Positions 49,000 through 57,057 of a DNA stretch of 64,000 nt are shown in pieces; the stretch's first letter is position 1, and every line of letters starts with the position of its first letter. The translations under genes were made by a program, and so were the position numbers. The notes beneath the pieces are model-generated. The model saw nothing but the letters and a program-made list of their open reading frames with translations. It was not told the origin of the DNA and searched no databases. This DNA comes from Minisyncoccota bacterium. GTDB lineage: Bacteria; Patescibacteriota; Minisyncoccia; Phycocordibacterales; UBA1006. The stretch covers positions 67,902 through 131,901 of the forward strand of contig JAQVEZ010000001.1 in the NCBI GenBank assembly GCA_028697455.1. Reading direction: 5' to 3'.

Positions 49000-49056
49000 T
49001 TAATTTGAGGTGCCGCCACCTCCGCAGCAGCCACCTCCAGATAATTTATTTCTCAT
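49000..49056 (-). CDS. putative 18-aa Gly/Cys-rich micro-ORF (MRNKLSGGGCCGGGGTSN) or small RNA
   Basis: On the minus strand it is preceded by TTGCAC-16nt-TATATT (promoter-like). It is followed by the hairpin GCCCAGG...CCTGGGC plus a U-tract at 48953-48985. Confidence 0.2.
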   Translation of the reverse strand: MRNKLSGGGCCGGGGTSN

Positions 49057-49120
49057 AATATTAAAATTTCTTAACTTTAATATACCAAGAATATAAAAAG
49101 GTGCAAGGTTTTTTTAAAAA

Positions 49121-50599
49121 ATGTATACTATCTTTATGAAAAAGAGCGATGAGCGACTAGAAAAACTCTATGAATCTATTCGTGTTAAAACAACCTTAAA
49201 AGAGAAAAAACAAATTGAAAAAGCTTTTTTCTTTTCTCAAAAAGCTCATGAGGGGCAAACGAGAGCAAATGGTGACCCTTATTTTTCTCATGTCTATGCA
49301 ACAGCATTGAATCTTGCTGATTTTGGACTCGACGCTACAACAATTATTGCAGGGCTCCTCCATGACACCATCGAAGATACTTCTGTTTCACCAGAAGACG
49401 TTCAAAAAGAATTTGGAGAAGAAATTCTCTTTCTTGTTAACGGAGTGACAAAGCTTGGAACACTGCGCTATCACGGAAAAGAACGCCACGTTGAATCTCT
49501 TCGAAAATTTTTCATCGCAACAGCAAAAGATTTTCGTATTGTTGTTATCAAACTTGCAGACAGACTTCACAATATTCAGACCTTACAGTTTGTCAGACAA
49601 GACAAACAAAAAAGAATAGCCGTAGAAACGATTGAGATTTATGCCCCGCTTGCTTATCGACTCGGAATGGGACATGTCGTTGGTATGCTTCAAGATGCTG
49701 CTTTTCCTTTTGCATATCCAGAAGAAGCAAAAATGATTGATGACCTTCTCAAACAAAAGAAAAAGCTCAGTGAAAAGTATCTTGAAAAAGTTTGGAGATC
49801 TCTCAAGTCTGAAATGGCAAAACACCAAATCAAAGACATTACTACCCACCAGAGGGTAAAGGGTCGCTATAGCCTCTGGAAAAAACTCCAAAAGAAAAAA
49901 ATGGATATCGAACAGGTATATGACATTGTTGCTCTTAGAGTTATTGTCCCTACTGTCGATGATTGTTACAGAGTTCTTGGAATTATTCACTCAATGTGGA
50001 GACCTCTCCCGGGAAGAATAAAAGACTACATCGCGCTCCCTAAAATAAACGGTTATCAATCTCTTCATACAACGATTTTTACAGGAGATGGGGGTATTGC
50101 TGAAATTCAAATTAGAACCCCAGAGATGCATGCCTTTGCCGAATATGGACTTGCGGCGCACTATCTTTATAAAACAGGAAGAAAAAAGAGCGCCGATGCA
50201 CGATCTCTTGATTGGCTTCAACAACTCAAAGAACTCCAAGAAAATGAAAAGTCAGCAACATTCTTAAAAAATTTAAAAACTGATTTTTTCCAAGACAGGA
50301 TCTTCGTCTTTACTCCCTTGGGAGATGTTATTAATCTTCCTCAAGGAGCCTCTGCTCTTGATTTTGCTTATTCAATTCACACCGAAATTGGAAATACTGC
50401 TCAAGCAGCTATTATCAATGGAAAAAATTCAGCACTCAAAACTCAACTTGAAAATGGAGATATCGTTGAGATCCAAACCAACAAAAAAACAACACCTTCT
50501 TCAAAATGGCTCCCTTATGTAAAAACAACCCTCGCAAGAAAACACATAGAGAAATATACCAAAGAAAATAGTCTTTGGAATAAATTCTTTAAAAACTAA
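49121..50599 (+). CDS. rel: short bifunctional (p)ppGpp synthetase/hydrolase (HD, synthetase and TGS domains; no ACT domain)
   Basis: HD motif LHDTIEDT, the synthetase region RVKGRYSLWKKL...YQSLHTTI, and the TGS domain IFVFTPLGDVINLPQGASALDFAYSIH. Confidence 0.9.
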   Translation: MYTIFMKKSDERLEKLYESIRVKTTLKEKKQIEKAFFFSQKAHEGQTRANGDPYFSHVYATALNLADFGLDATTIIAGLLHDTIEDTSVSPEDVQKEFGEEILFLVNGVTKLGTLRYHGKERHVESLRKFFIATAKDFRIVVIKLADRLHNIQTLQFVRQDKQKRIAVETIEIYAPLAYRLGMGHVVGMLQDAAFPFAYPEEAKMIDDLLKQKKKLSEKYLEKVWRSLKSEMAKHQIKDITTHQRVKGRYSLWKKLQKKKMDIEQVYDIVALRVIVPTVDDCYRVLGIIHSMWRPLPGRIKDYIALPKINGYQSLHTTIFTGDGGIAEIQIRTPEMHAFAEYGLAAHYLYKTGRKKSADARSLDWLQQLKELQENEKSATFLKNLKTDFFQDRIFVFTPLGDVINLPQGASALDFAYSIHTEIGNTAQAAIINGKNSALKTQLENGDIVEIQTNKKTTPSSKWLPYVKTTLARKHIEKYTKENSLWNKFFKN

Positions 50600-50630
50600 A
50601 ACACCTCAGAAAGGTGTTTTCGTTTATTTT
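50599..50630. terminator. rho-independent terminator between convergent genes
   Basis: AACACCT cagaa AGGTGTT followed by TTCGTTTATTTT. Confidence 0.5.
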
Positions 50631-50632
50631 AA

Positions 50633-51895
50633 TCAGCCAAACAATCTTTTGAAAAATCCTTTTTTCTTTGGTTCTACATAATCACCATGAGCATAATTAT
50701 TTTGATGATATTGATTCTCATCGTAATAGGATCTTGTCTGGTAATGTACGTTTCTTAATTCCTGTCCAGGTTCTCCCTGTGGTCTTCCATAAAAATCATC
50801 ATGAGAAAATTCTTGAGCATAGCTAGGTGCTTCGTATGAGTGAGGATCATTTACCTCTTCAAAAGAATGATGCTGGGCTTGAACAAACACCTCTTCTTTT
50901 ACATCCACTTCTTTTTGAGTGTTTATTTCTTCTTTGGGTTCATTAAAGTGTTCTTCCTTTTCAACTCTCAATGGGCTTGATGATTCGAGCGCCTCTACAC
51001 TAGGAATATCACCCCCTTGTCTCTCAGAATATCTCTCTTTTGGGTTTAGGTAATTAAATGAGCTTAAGTTTTTATTTCTCAAGGAAGCAAGAATTCCTTC
51101 AATATCGTTGAGTGTCGAGTAATTAATAAGAATCTGTCCTCCGTTTTCTTTTGCCTCAATGTGAACACGAGTTCCAAGATTTTCAGAAAGTTCCTTTTCA
51201 TAATTACGTATTTTAGGGTCAGTAATAAACTCTTTTTTACGTACCCTATCTTGAGCAATTTTTCGAGCAACCTTTTCGGCATCACGAACAGAGATTTTTT
51301 TGAGAACAATCTCTCTAAAAAGAGTACTCTGTTCGTCAGGACGGTCAGAAAGCATCAAAAGAGGTCGTGTGTGCCCTTCTGTGATCTTATTTGAAAGTAA
51401 CCCCTGTTTGATATCTTCAGGCAATGAGAGCAAGCGGAGGCTGTTTGAAACATATACACGACTTTTTCCCATTCGTTTCCCAATTTCCACATGAGTTAAA
51501 TTAAATTCTTTGTGGAGTTGTTCAAAAGCAAGTGCCCTGTCGATGGGATTAAGATCCTCTCGCTGGAGGTTTTCGATAATAGCAAGCTCGAGCTTTACCT
51601 TGTTGTCAGGTTCTACTCGAATGATAACAGGTACTTGTTGAAGCCGAGCGATTTTTGATGCGCGAAGACGACGCTCTCCAGCAATAAGTTCGTAGAAAAC
51701 ATCCATACCAGCACCATCTGGACGGATAATTTCTTGGCGCGTAACAACAAGTGGTTGAAGGACCCCGTACTGCTTGATAGAATCAGCGAGATCTTCTAGT
51801 GCATTGGCATCAAAGTCACGTCGTGGCTGGAAAGGGTTCGGAAGAATTTTATCTATTTCAACCCAAAAAATAGAATTGTTTTGATACTCTGACAT
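50633..51895 (-). CDS. parB: ParB/Spo0J partition protein with long low-complexity C-terminal extension
   Basis: ParB box GERRLRASKIARL, an HTH, and a roughly 150-aa E/Q/Y/H-rich tail ending KKGFFKRLFG. Confidence 0.85.
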   Translation of the reverse strand: MSEYQNNSIFWVEIDKILPNPFQPRRDFDANALEDLADSIKQYGVLQPLVVTRQEIIRPDGAGMDVFYELIAGERRLRASKIARLQQVPVIIRVEPDNKVKLELAIIENLQREDLNPIDRALAFEQLHKEFNLTHVEIGKRMGKSRVYVSNSLRLLSLPEDIKQGLLSNKITEGHTRPLLMLSDRPDEQSTLFREIVLKKISVRDAEKVARKIAQDRVRKKEFITDPKIRNYEKELSENLGTRVHIEAKENGGQILINYSTLNDIEGILASLRNKNLSSFNYLNPKERYSERQGGDIPSVEALESSSPLRVEKEEHFNEPKEEINTQKEVDVKEEVFVQAQHHSFEEVNDPHSYEAPSYAQEFSHDDFYGRPQGEPGQELRNVHYQTRSYYDENQYHQNNYAHGDYVEPKKKGFFKRLFG

Positions 51896-51983
51896 ACAAT
51901 ACCTATAATATCACATCGCTTATGAATAAGAAATTTATCATCTTGCAAAAAGCACAACTTTTCAGTAGTATCATAAGGTGTAA

Positions 51984-52065
51984 GCCGGAGTGGCGGAATT
52001 GGTAGACGCGTACGACTCAAAATCGTATATCTTTGGGTGTGTGGGTTCAAGTCCCACCTCCGGCA
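51984..52065 (+). tRNA. tRNA-Leu(CAA)
   Basis: Acceptor GCCGGAG/CUCCGGC, anticodon loop CUCAAAA, long variable arm, T-loop UUCAAGU. CCA is not encoded. Confidence 0.9.
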
Positions 52066-52127
52066 CGAGTATTAAAACCCAGAAAATTTGTTTTGGGTTT
52101 TAATATACGAGTAGCAAAAAGGTTGTG

Positions 52128-52316
52128 GGGCTTGAAAAAAGCGAAGCGGTATACAAGACGATCCACCAGCTGGCGGAGAGTGCTTGTCGCGAGCGGCGGG
52201 GCCCTACGAATGGGGTCGCAGTGAGTGCAGAGCACGAAACGAGACCCATGAGGGTGACCAAGTCCCACCTCCGGCACACAGCAAAACAAAAAACACTCAT
52301 TTTTGAGTGTTTTTTG
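52128..52316 (-). repeat. copy A of a two-copy GC-rich structured element (candidate sRNA or dispersed repeat), ending with a U-tract
   Basis: The 48-nt core CCCTCATGGGTCTCGTTTCGTGCTCTGCACTCACTGCGACCCCATTCG is 45/48 identical to copy B. Like copy B, it is flanked by a 5' AAAAACAC(Y)CA...UG(R)GUGUUUU hairpin and a 3' GC-rich region followed by TTTTTT. GC content is far above the local average. Confidence 0.45.
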
Positions 52317-52317
52317 T

Positions 52318-52986
52318 TTATTCGTTTTCTCCTTCTTTATCTTCTGAAGTAACTTCCTCATGCGCTCGAACCTCTCCTCCTGAGACAATATCATTATAGA
52401 GATAGGTAGAAGCAATTGAGATGAATGGAATAACAACGATCATACCAACGAGGGTGAGTGCTCCAATAATTGAAATAATTCCAATAAGGATCAAGAAGAA
52501 GAATATTCTCCAACGATTTCCTTTAGTTAATTTCCAAGATTTTGAAAAAGATTCCATAACTTTTGCTTTTTCATCAGCAACAAGATATTGCGTCATGTAG
52601 AGTCCGGACATCAAAATGAGTCCTGGAATAATCAAAGCAATAAACCCAAATCCAATAATAATTGCATAAACAATTCCTACAATCAAGAATGAAAAATAAA
52701 GTTTCAGACTAATATTTTCAAAAAGGTTTCTTAGGGCAATCTTCTTCCCTCGAATACGATTAAGAATCATTCTAATAAGACCGAGACTAAGAAATACTGA
52801 AAGAAGTCCTCCAATCAATTTGATAAAGAATTCAGATGCTGTGTAAAAACTTGAAGAATCAAATTTTAATTCTGTTAAAAATGCAACAATTGAAATGATA
52901 AGCCCTGCTGATAAAAAGATTTTCCAATCTTGAGTAAAAGTATCCCAAGAACGTCGAAAGATATTATTAATACTTATTTTTTTCAT
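52318..52986 (-). CDS. hypothetical polytopic membrane protein
   Basis: Four to five TM helices and an acidic C-terminal tail. Confidence 0.5.
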   Translation of the reverse strand: MKKISINNIFRRSWDTFTQDWKIFLSAGLIISIVAFLTELKFDSSSFYTASEFFIKLIGGLLSVFLSLGLIRMILNRIRGKKIALRNLFENISLKLYFSFLIVGIVYAIIIGFGFIALIIPGLILMSGLYMTQYLVADEKAKVMESFSKSWKLTKGNRWRIFFFLILIGIISIIGALTLVGMIVVIPFISIASTYLYNDIVSGGEVRAHEEVTSEDKEGENE

Positions 52987-53023
52987 ACTTTATTATTATA
53001 CTTTATTCTTTTAAAAAACAAAA

Positions 53024-54490
53024 CTATTTTTCTCGAACAATAGGAAACAAAATCACATCCCTCAAATTCCTCTGCTCTGTCAAAATAGCAACGATACGAT
53101 CAATTCCCATCCCAAAACCAGTCATCGGCGGCATCCCATGCTCCATGGCGGTGAGGAAACGCTCATCAACTTCCATAGCTTCATCATCTCCACCTTCTTT
53201 GAGAGATGCCTGGTGTTCGAGTAGCTCTCTTTGCCTCAAGGGATTAACAAGCTCAGCATACTGATTAGTAATTTCTGCCCCCGCAATAATCAACTGAGCA
53301 ACACGAGCTGTTCCATCTGGATTTTGTTGTGCGAGGGGTTTGAGATCTCCAGGATAATCAATAACAAAAGTCGGATGAATAATATGATTACGCGAAGATT
53401 TTTTATAAATAAAATCAAGAAGATTTGCTTTACCCGTTTTATTGATTTCAGATATGTCCATGCCGTACTCTCGCGCCTTCTCTTTTATCTCATCGAGACT
53501 TGCACTAAAGATATCAAGATGGGCATTTTCAAGAACAAGACTTGCAAAAGTTTTCCGTTCCCATGTTTTATCAAAATCAACTTCAACATCATTACCATCT
53601 TTATCTTGAACAATGAATACTGATTTCCCAACAATATCTTTCGCAAGGTGTTTTAAGAGTTCTTCGGTCCATGCCATATTGGTTTCAAGTGATTCGTAGG
53701 CGGCATACCATTCAATCATAGTAAACTCCTGAATATGAGTCGGGTCTGATCCTTCGTTTCTAAAGTTTTTAGCAATTTCATAAACTCGAGGATATCCTCC
53801 AGCCATTATCATCTTATGTTCAAGCTCAAGAGAGATTCGCAAAACCATATCCATATCGAGATCGTTATGATGAGTGTTAAAGGTTTTTGCCATTGCCCCT
53901 CCTGCTTGGTTTTGCAAAATAGGTGTTTCAATTTCAAGAAAACCTCGTGAGTCAAAGAATTTTCGTATTGCAGAAATAATTTTTGAGCGAGTTCTAAACC
54001 TCTCAAAAGATTCTGGATTGCTCAAAAGATCCAAATAGCGTTTTCGATAAATCTCATCAATGTCTTGAAGACCTGAGTGTTTATCTGGGAGAGGAAGAAG
54101 GGCTTTCCCCGCCATCTTCCAATCATCTGCAAGAAGACTCTGTGCCCCTCGCTGAGTTACAAAGAGCTCCCCAGAAAACCAAAGAAAATCTCCAATATCA
54201 ACCGTATCAAGGAAAAGATTAAAAAGGTTCTCATCAAGAGAGTCTTTTTTGAGAACCACCTGAAAAGATCCCGTTCCATCATTAAGAGTAATAAAGTTTA
54301 TCGCGCCAGCACTCCGAAGAGAAAGAACTCGCCCAGCAACACTGGTATGAGACCCTTCTTGGAAATTTTTAAGAACTTCTTCAAGACTTTGCTTGCGAGT
54401 TACTTCAGAAGGAAAAGCAGGCATGCCATGAGCTTCGAGTTTTTGTAATTTTTCATTTCGTACTGAACGTAGTTCTTCAAGAGATGCCAT
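53024..54490 (-). CDS. lysS: lysyl-tRNA synthetase (class II)
   Basis: N-terminal OB fold, then class II motifs FRNEG ... GGAMA ... GMGIDRIV. The start is set at MASLEELRS. Confidence 0.95.
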   Translation of the reverse strand: MASLEELRSVRNEKLQKLEAHGMPAFPSEVTRKQSLEEVLKNFQEGSHTSVAGRVLSLRSAGAINFITLNDGTGSFQVVLKKDSLDENLFNLFLDTVDIGDFLWFSGELFVTQRGAQSLLADDWKMAGKALLPLPDKHSGLQDIDEIYRKRYLDLLSNPESFERFRTRSKIISAIRKFFDSRGFLEIETPILQNQAGGAMAKTFNTHHNDLDMDMVLRISLELEHKMIMAGGYPRVYEIAKNFRNEGSDPTHIQEFTMIEWYAAYESLETNMAWTEELLKHLAKDIVGKSVFIVQDKDGNDVEVDFDKTWERKTFASLVLENAHLDIFSASLDEIKEKAREYGMDISEINKTGKANLLDFIYKKSSRNHIIHPTFVIDYPGDLKPLAQQNPDGTARVAQLIIAGAEITNQYAELVNPLRQRELLEHQASLKEGGDDEAMEVDERFLTAMEHGMPPMTGFGMGIDRIVAILTEQRNLRDVILFPIVREK

Positions 54491-54534
54491 ATAGATTACA
54501 GTATAAAGCAAAGACCTTAATATTCAAGGTTTTT

Positions 54535-54999
54535 TTATTTTACATCTTTAATATTGTAAATTGTTTCCCCTTTTGGAGAACTTACAGTGATCTTATCTCC
54601 TTGTTTCTTTCCCATCAATGCTGCCCCCAAAGGAGATTCAAAACTAATCTTTCCAAGAGAAAAATCAGATTCTTCGTTCCCAACAATTTGATATTCACAA
54701 ATATCTTTAGCCCCCTTTTTTAGCAAAAAAACAGTAGAACCGAGGTCAATAAACCCGTCATTTTTTTTGGTAATGGTTACTGCTGATTTCAAAATACTTT
54801 CAATCTGAGTAATTCGCGCTTCGTTCTTTCCCTGCTCTTCTTTGGCGTCATGATATTCTGCGTTTTCAGAAAGATCTCCCAAAGACTTTGCAAAAGCAAG
54901 TCGATCAATAATCTCCTTTCTTTTGTCTGATTTCAAATACTCAAGCTCTTTCTCCAGCTCTTTCTTTTTTTCTTTTGTCAAAAAATCCTGTTGACGCAT
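54535..54999 (-). CDS. greA: transcription elongation factor GreA
   Basis: N-terminal coiled coil EIIDRLAFAKSLGDLSENAEYHDAKEEQ and a C-terminal FKBP-like domain. The start is probably internal, at MRQQDF. Confidence 0.85.
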   Translation of the reverse strand: MRQQDFLTKEKKKELEKELEYLKSDKRKEIIDRLAFAKSLGDLSENAEYHDAKEEQGKNEARITQIESILKSAVTITKKNDGFIDLGSTVFLLKKGAKDICEYQIVGNEESDFSLGKISFESPLGAALMGKKQGDKITVSSPKGETIYNIKDVK

Positions 55000-55041
55000 A
55001 TTGAGCCTAAGTATAGACATTTTAGCTGTTATTGCAAGCAA

Positions 55042-56748
55042 CTATTCTCCTGTTAGACTTTCAAAAAATTCAGGATAATGTTCTTTAGTTTGGTCAAGAA
55101 AATATCTCATCGCCTGGGCCGCTGATCCAGTACTTGAATCAGGAGCTCGTTCCATAACAAGAGCAAAAGCGTATTGAGGATTTTTATAAGGGAAAAATCC
55201 AATGATCCATGAATTATAAAATTCATTATTAACACCGACTTCAGCTGTTCCTGTTTTTGCAGCAATTTCAAGGTACGGAACATTTACAATTTTTGCAGTA
55301 CCTTTGGTAACCGTGTCTCTTAATCCCGCTTGAATAACGTCAAAGTCCTCACGAGTAATATTTTCAGAGATTTTTATTTTTTCTATTTTTTCATTTTTTA
55401 CAAGAAGTGGCTTGAGCAAAAAACCATCATTTGCAAGTCCTGCAATTGCTCGTGCCATTTGAATCGGCGTCACCTGAAATCCAAACTGCCCAATAGAGGT
55501 AATGTAAGTATCTCCGATTCGCCAAGTCCCATCTTCAAAAGTTTTTTGTTTCCATTCAGGATTTGGAATGACCCCCTTAAGTTCATTTCCAAAATCAATT
55601 CCTGTTGGTTCGGCAATACCAAACATTCGTGTATATTTTTCAATATTCTCGATTCCTAAACCTTTTCGTGTTGAATCTCCACCCCCAAGAATATAAAAGA
55701 AAGTGTTAACCGAATCAGCAAGAGCAAAACGAACATCGGTAAGCCCGTGCCCCGTTCTCCTCCAGTCTCGAAAGATTGAGGGATTTTTTGGATCAAAACG
55801 ATTTGGCACCTCTATCTTCCCGGTGCTGAGAATTTTGGTATCTTTTGTGATAATTCCTTCGTGAAGCCCCGCAAGAGCGAGAAAAGGCTTTACCGTTGAC
55901 CCAGGTGAATAGAGTCCCGATAGTGCCCGATTAAGAAAAGGCTTTCTTGGATCGGCAAAGAGCGCACGAATAGCATCGAGATCTTGTCCATCGGCAAGAA
56001 GTTGAGAATCAAATTCTGGATAGCTTGTCATAGCAAGAAGCTCCCCGCTATTAATATCCATAATAATTCCTGCACCTCCTTGGAAATGGGATTTTTCTGC
56101 CTGAGATTGAATCCCTTCATATAAATAGTGTTGAATAAAGGTATCCAATGTAAGAGTAAGGTTCTGCCCGTTAATGGGTGAGACGGTAAGATTATCGCTC
56201 AGTTGATTCCCCAGAGCGTCCATTTCGAGAATTTTTGCTCCATTTTCTCCGGCAAGAAGCGTATCGTATTTTCTCTCAATTCCTGTAAGCCCTGTTATCT
56301 CGGTTCTCCAATAAAAACCATTACTATCCTTTTGGGGGTAATTCACGTACCCAAGAATATGTCCGTGTCCCGAGAGTTCGGTATATTCACGAAGAGAGAA
56401 GTCTTTTTCAGACAACGGAAGATTCCAAGCAAGTTCCTTTCCATTTCGATCGTAAATAATTCCTCTTTCGGCAAAAAGCGGAGCGGATCGTAAACGATTT
56501 CTTTCGGATCTTTGAAAATAATTATCTCCAGAAATAACTTGGAGTGAAAACAATTGTCCTGTTAGAACAAAAAGAGCGACAAGAATAACAATACCAAGAA
56601 TAGCAAGGGAGCGAATGGGAATAGGCTTTTCAATAACCCCTTCAAATTGCTGTTGATCAAGATCTGATATATTAACGTCATCAATAAAAATCTCATCTGG
56701 ATTTATTTCATAATCTCTATATTTCTTTTTAAAACGCCAGAATCGCAT
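55042..56748 (-). CDS. mrdA: penicillin-binding protein 2 family transpeptidase
   Basis: N-terminal TM helix, dimerisation domain, and transpeptidase motifs STVKP, SVN, KTGTA. PBP2 versus FtsI could not be resolved; placing it downstream of an MreD-like ORF is tentative. Confidence 0.8.
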   Translation of the reverse strand: MRFWRFKKKYRDYEINPDEIFIDDVNISDLDQQQFEGVIEKPIPIRSLAILGIVILVALFVLTGQLFSLQVISGDNYFQRSERNRLRSAPLFAERGIIYDRNGKELAWNLPLSEKDFSLREYTELSGHGHILGYVNYPQKDSNGFYWRTEITGLTGIERKYDTLLAGENGAKILEMDALGNQLSDNLTVSPINGQNLTLTLDTFIQHYLYEGIQSQAEKSHFQGGAGIIMDINSGELLAMTSYPEFDSQLLADGQDLDAIRALFADPRKPFLNRALSGLYSPGSTVKPFLALAGLHEGIITKDTKILSTGKIEVPNRFDPKNPSIFRDWRRTGHGLTDVRFALADSVNTFFYILGGGDSTRKGLGIENIEKYTRMFGIAEPTGIDFGNELKGVIPNPEWKQKTFEDGTWRIGDTYITSIGQFGFQVTPIQMARAIAGLANDGFLLKPLLVKNEKIEKIKISENITREDFDVIQAGLRDTVTKGTAKIVNVPYLEIAAKTGTAEVGVNNEFYNSWIIGFFPYKNPQYAFALVMERAPDSSTGSAAQAMRYFLDQTKEHYPEFFESLTGE

Positions 56749-56751
56749 GTC

Positions 56752-57009
56752 TTATTTTATATATTTTTTGAGAAAAAAAGAAAACACAACAAAAACAACC
56801 CCCGCTACAAGTGTATATAAAGGAATTGATATTCCATGAAGGGTAAAAGAACCCCAGGTCAGAAGATCGTAGAGAGCTCCAAAAAAAATAATTTCAAAAT
56901 AGTTATTATATTTATAGAGAATAAGAAAAATACTTCCCAGTATTACAAGTGGGAAAAATCCCCAAATAATAAAAGCAAAAAATAATAAAAAAAAGAAAAG
57001 ACGAGACAT
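56752..57009 (-). CDS. small three-TM membrane protein (possibly a minimal MreD-like protein)
   Basis: An 85-aa hydrophobic ORF immediately upstream of the PBP2 gene. Confidence 0.35.
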   Translation of the reverse strand: MSRLFFFLLFFAFIIWGFFPLVILGSIFLILYKYNNYFEIIFFGALYDLLTWGSFTLHGISIPLYTLVAGVVFVVFSFFLKKYIK

Positions 57010-57057
57010 AGTATTAAAGACAGGTGACAGATAAAGAAAAGTTAAAAATCATTTTAA

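Noticed and set aside
52100-52300. 66-aa ORF on the minus strand covering element A, and the similar 61-aa ORF at 60915-61100 covering element B. Their peptides resemble each other (TLMGLVS.SALT.T.F..PRR).
   Set aside because: Every substitution between the two copies in the conserved core is nonsynonymous (Y/C, T/A, S/P, AR/VG, RR/RS). The changes instead preserve base-pairing. Both ORFs run through intrinsic terminators, and copy B runs into the antisense of tRNA-Gln. RNA-level conservation explains the similarity better.
52128-52316. Possibility that the GC-rich elements are tmRNA (ssrA), SRP RNA, 6S RNA or RNase P RNA.
   Set aside because: No tag-peptide reading frame ending in ...AA-stop and no tRNA-like acceptor pairing (a 5' strand complementary to CUCCGGC is absent). 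No SRP domain IV motif is present. The length, about 150 nt, is wrong for RNase P and 6S RNA.
56752-57009. Calling the 85-aa membrane ORF upstream of PBP2 a definite mreD.
   Set aside because: It is only half the usual MreD length. No mreB or mreC is adjacent. Similarity is limited to hydrophobicity. It is kept as a low-confidence hypothetical.
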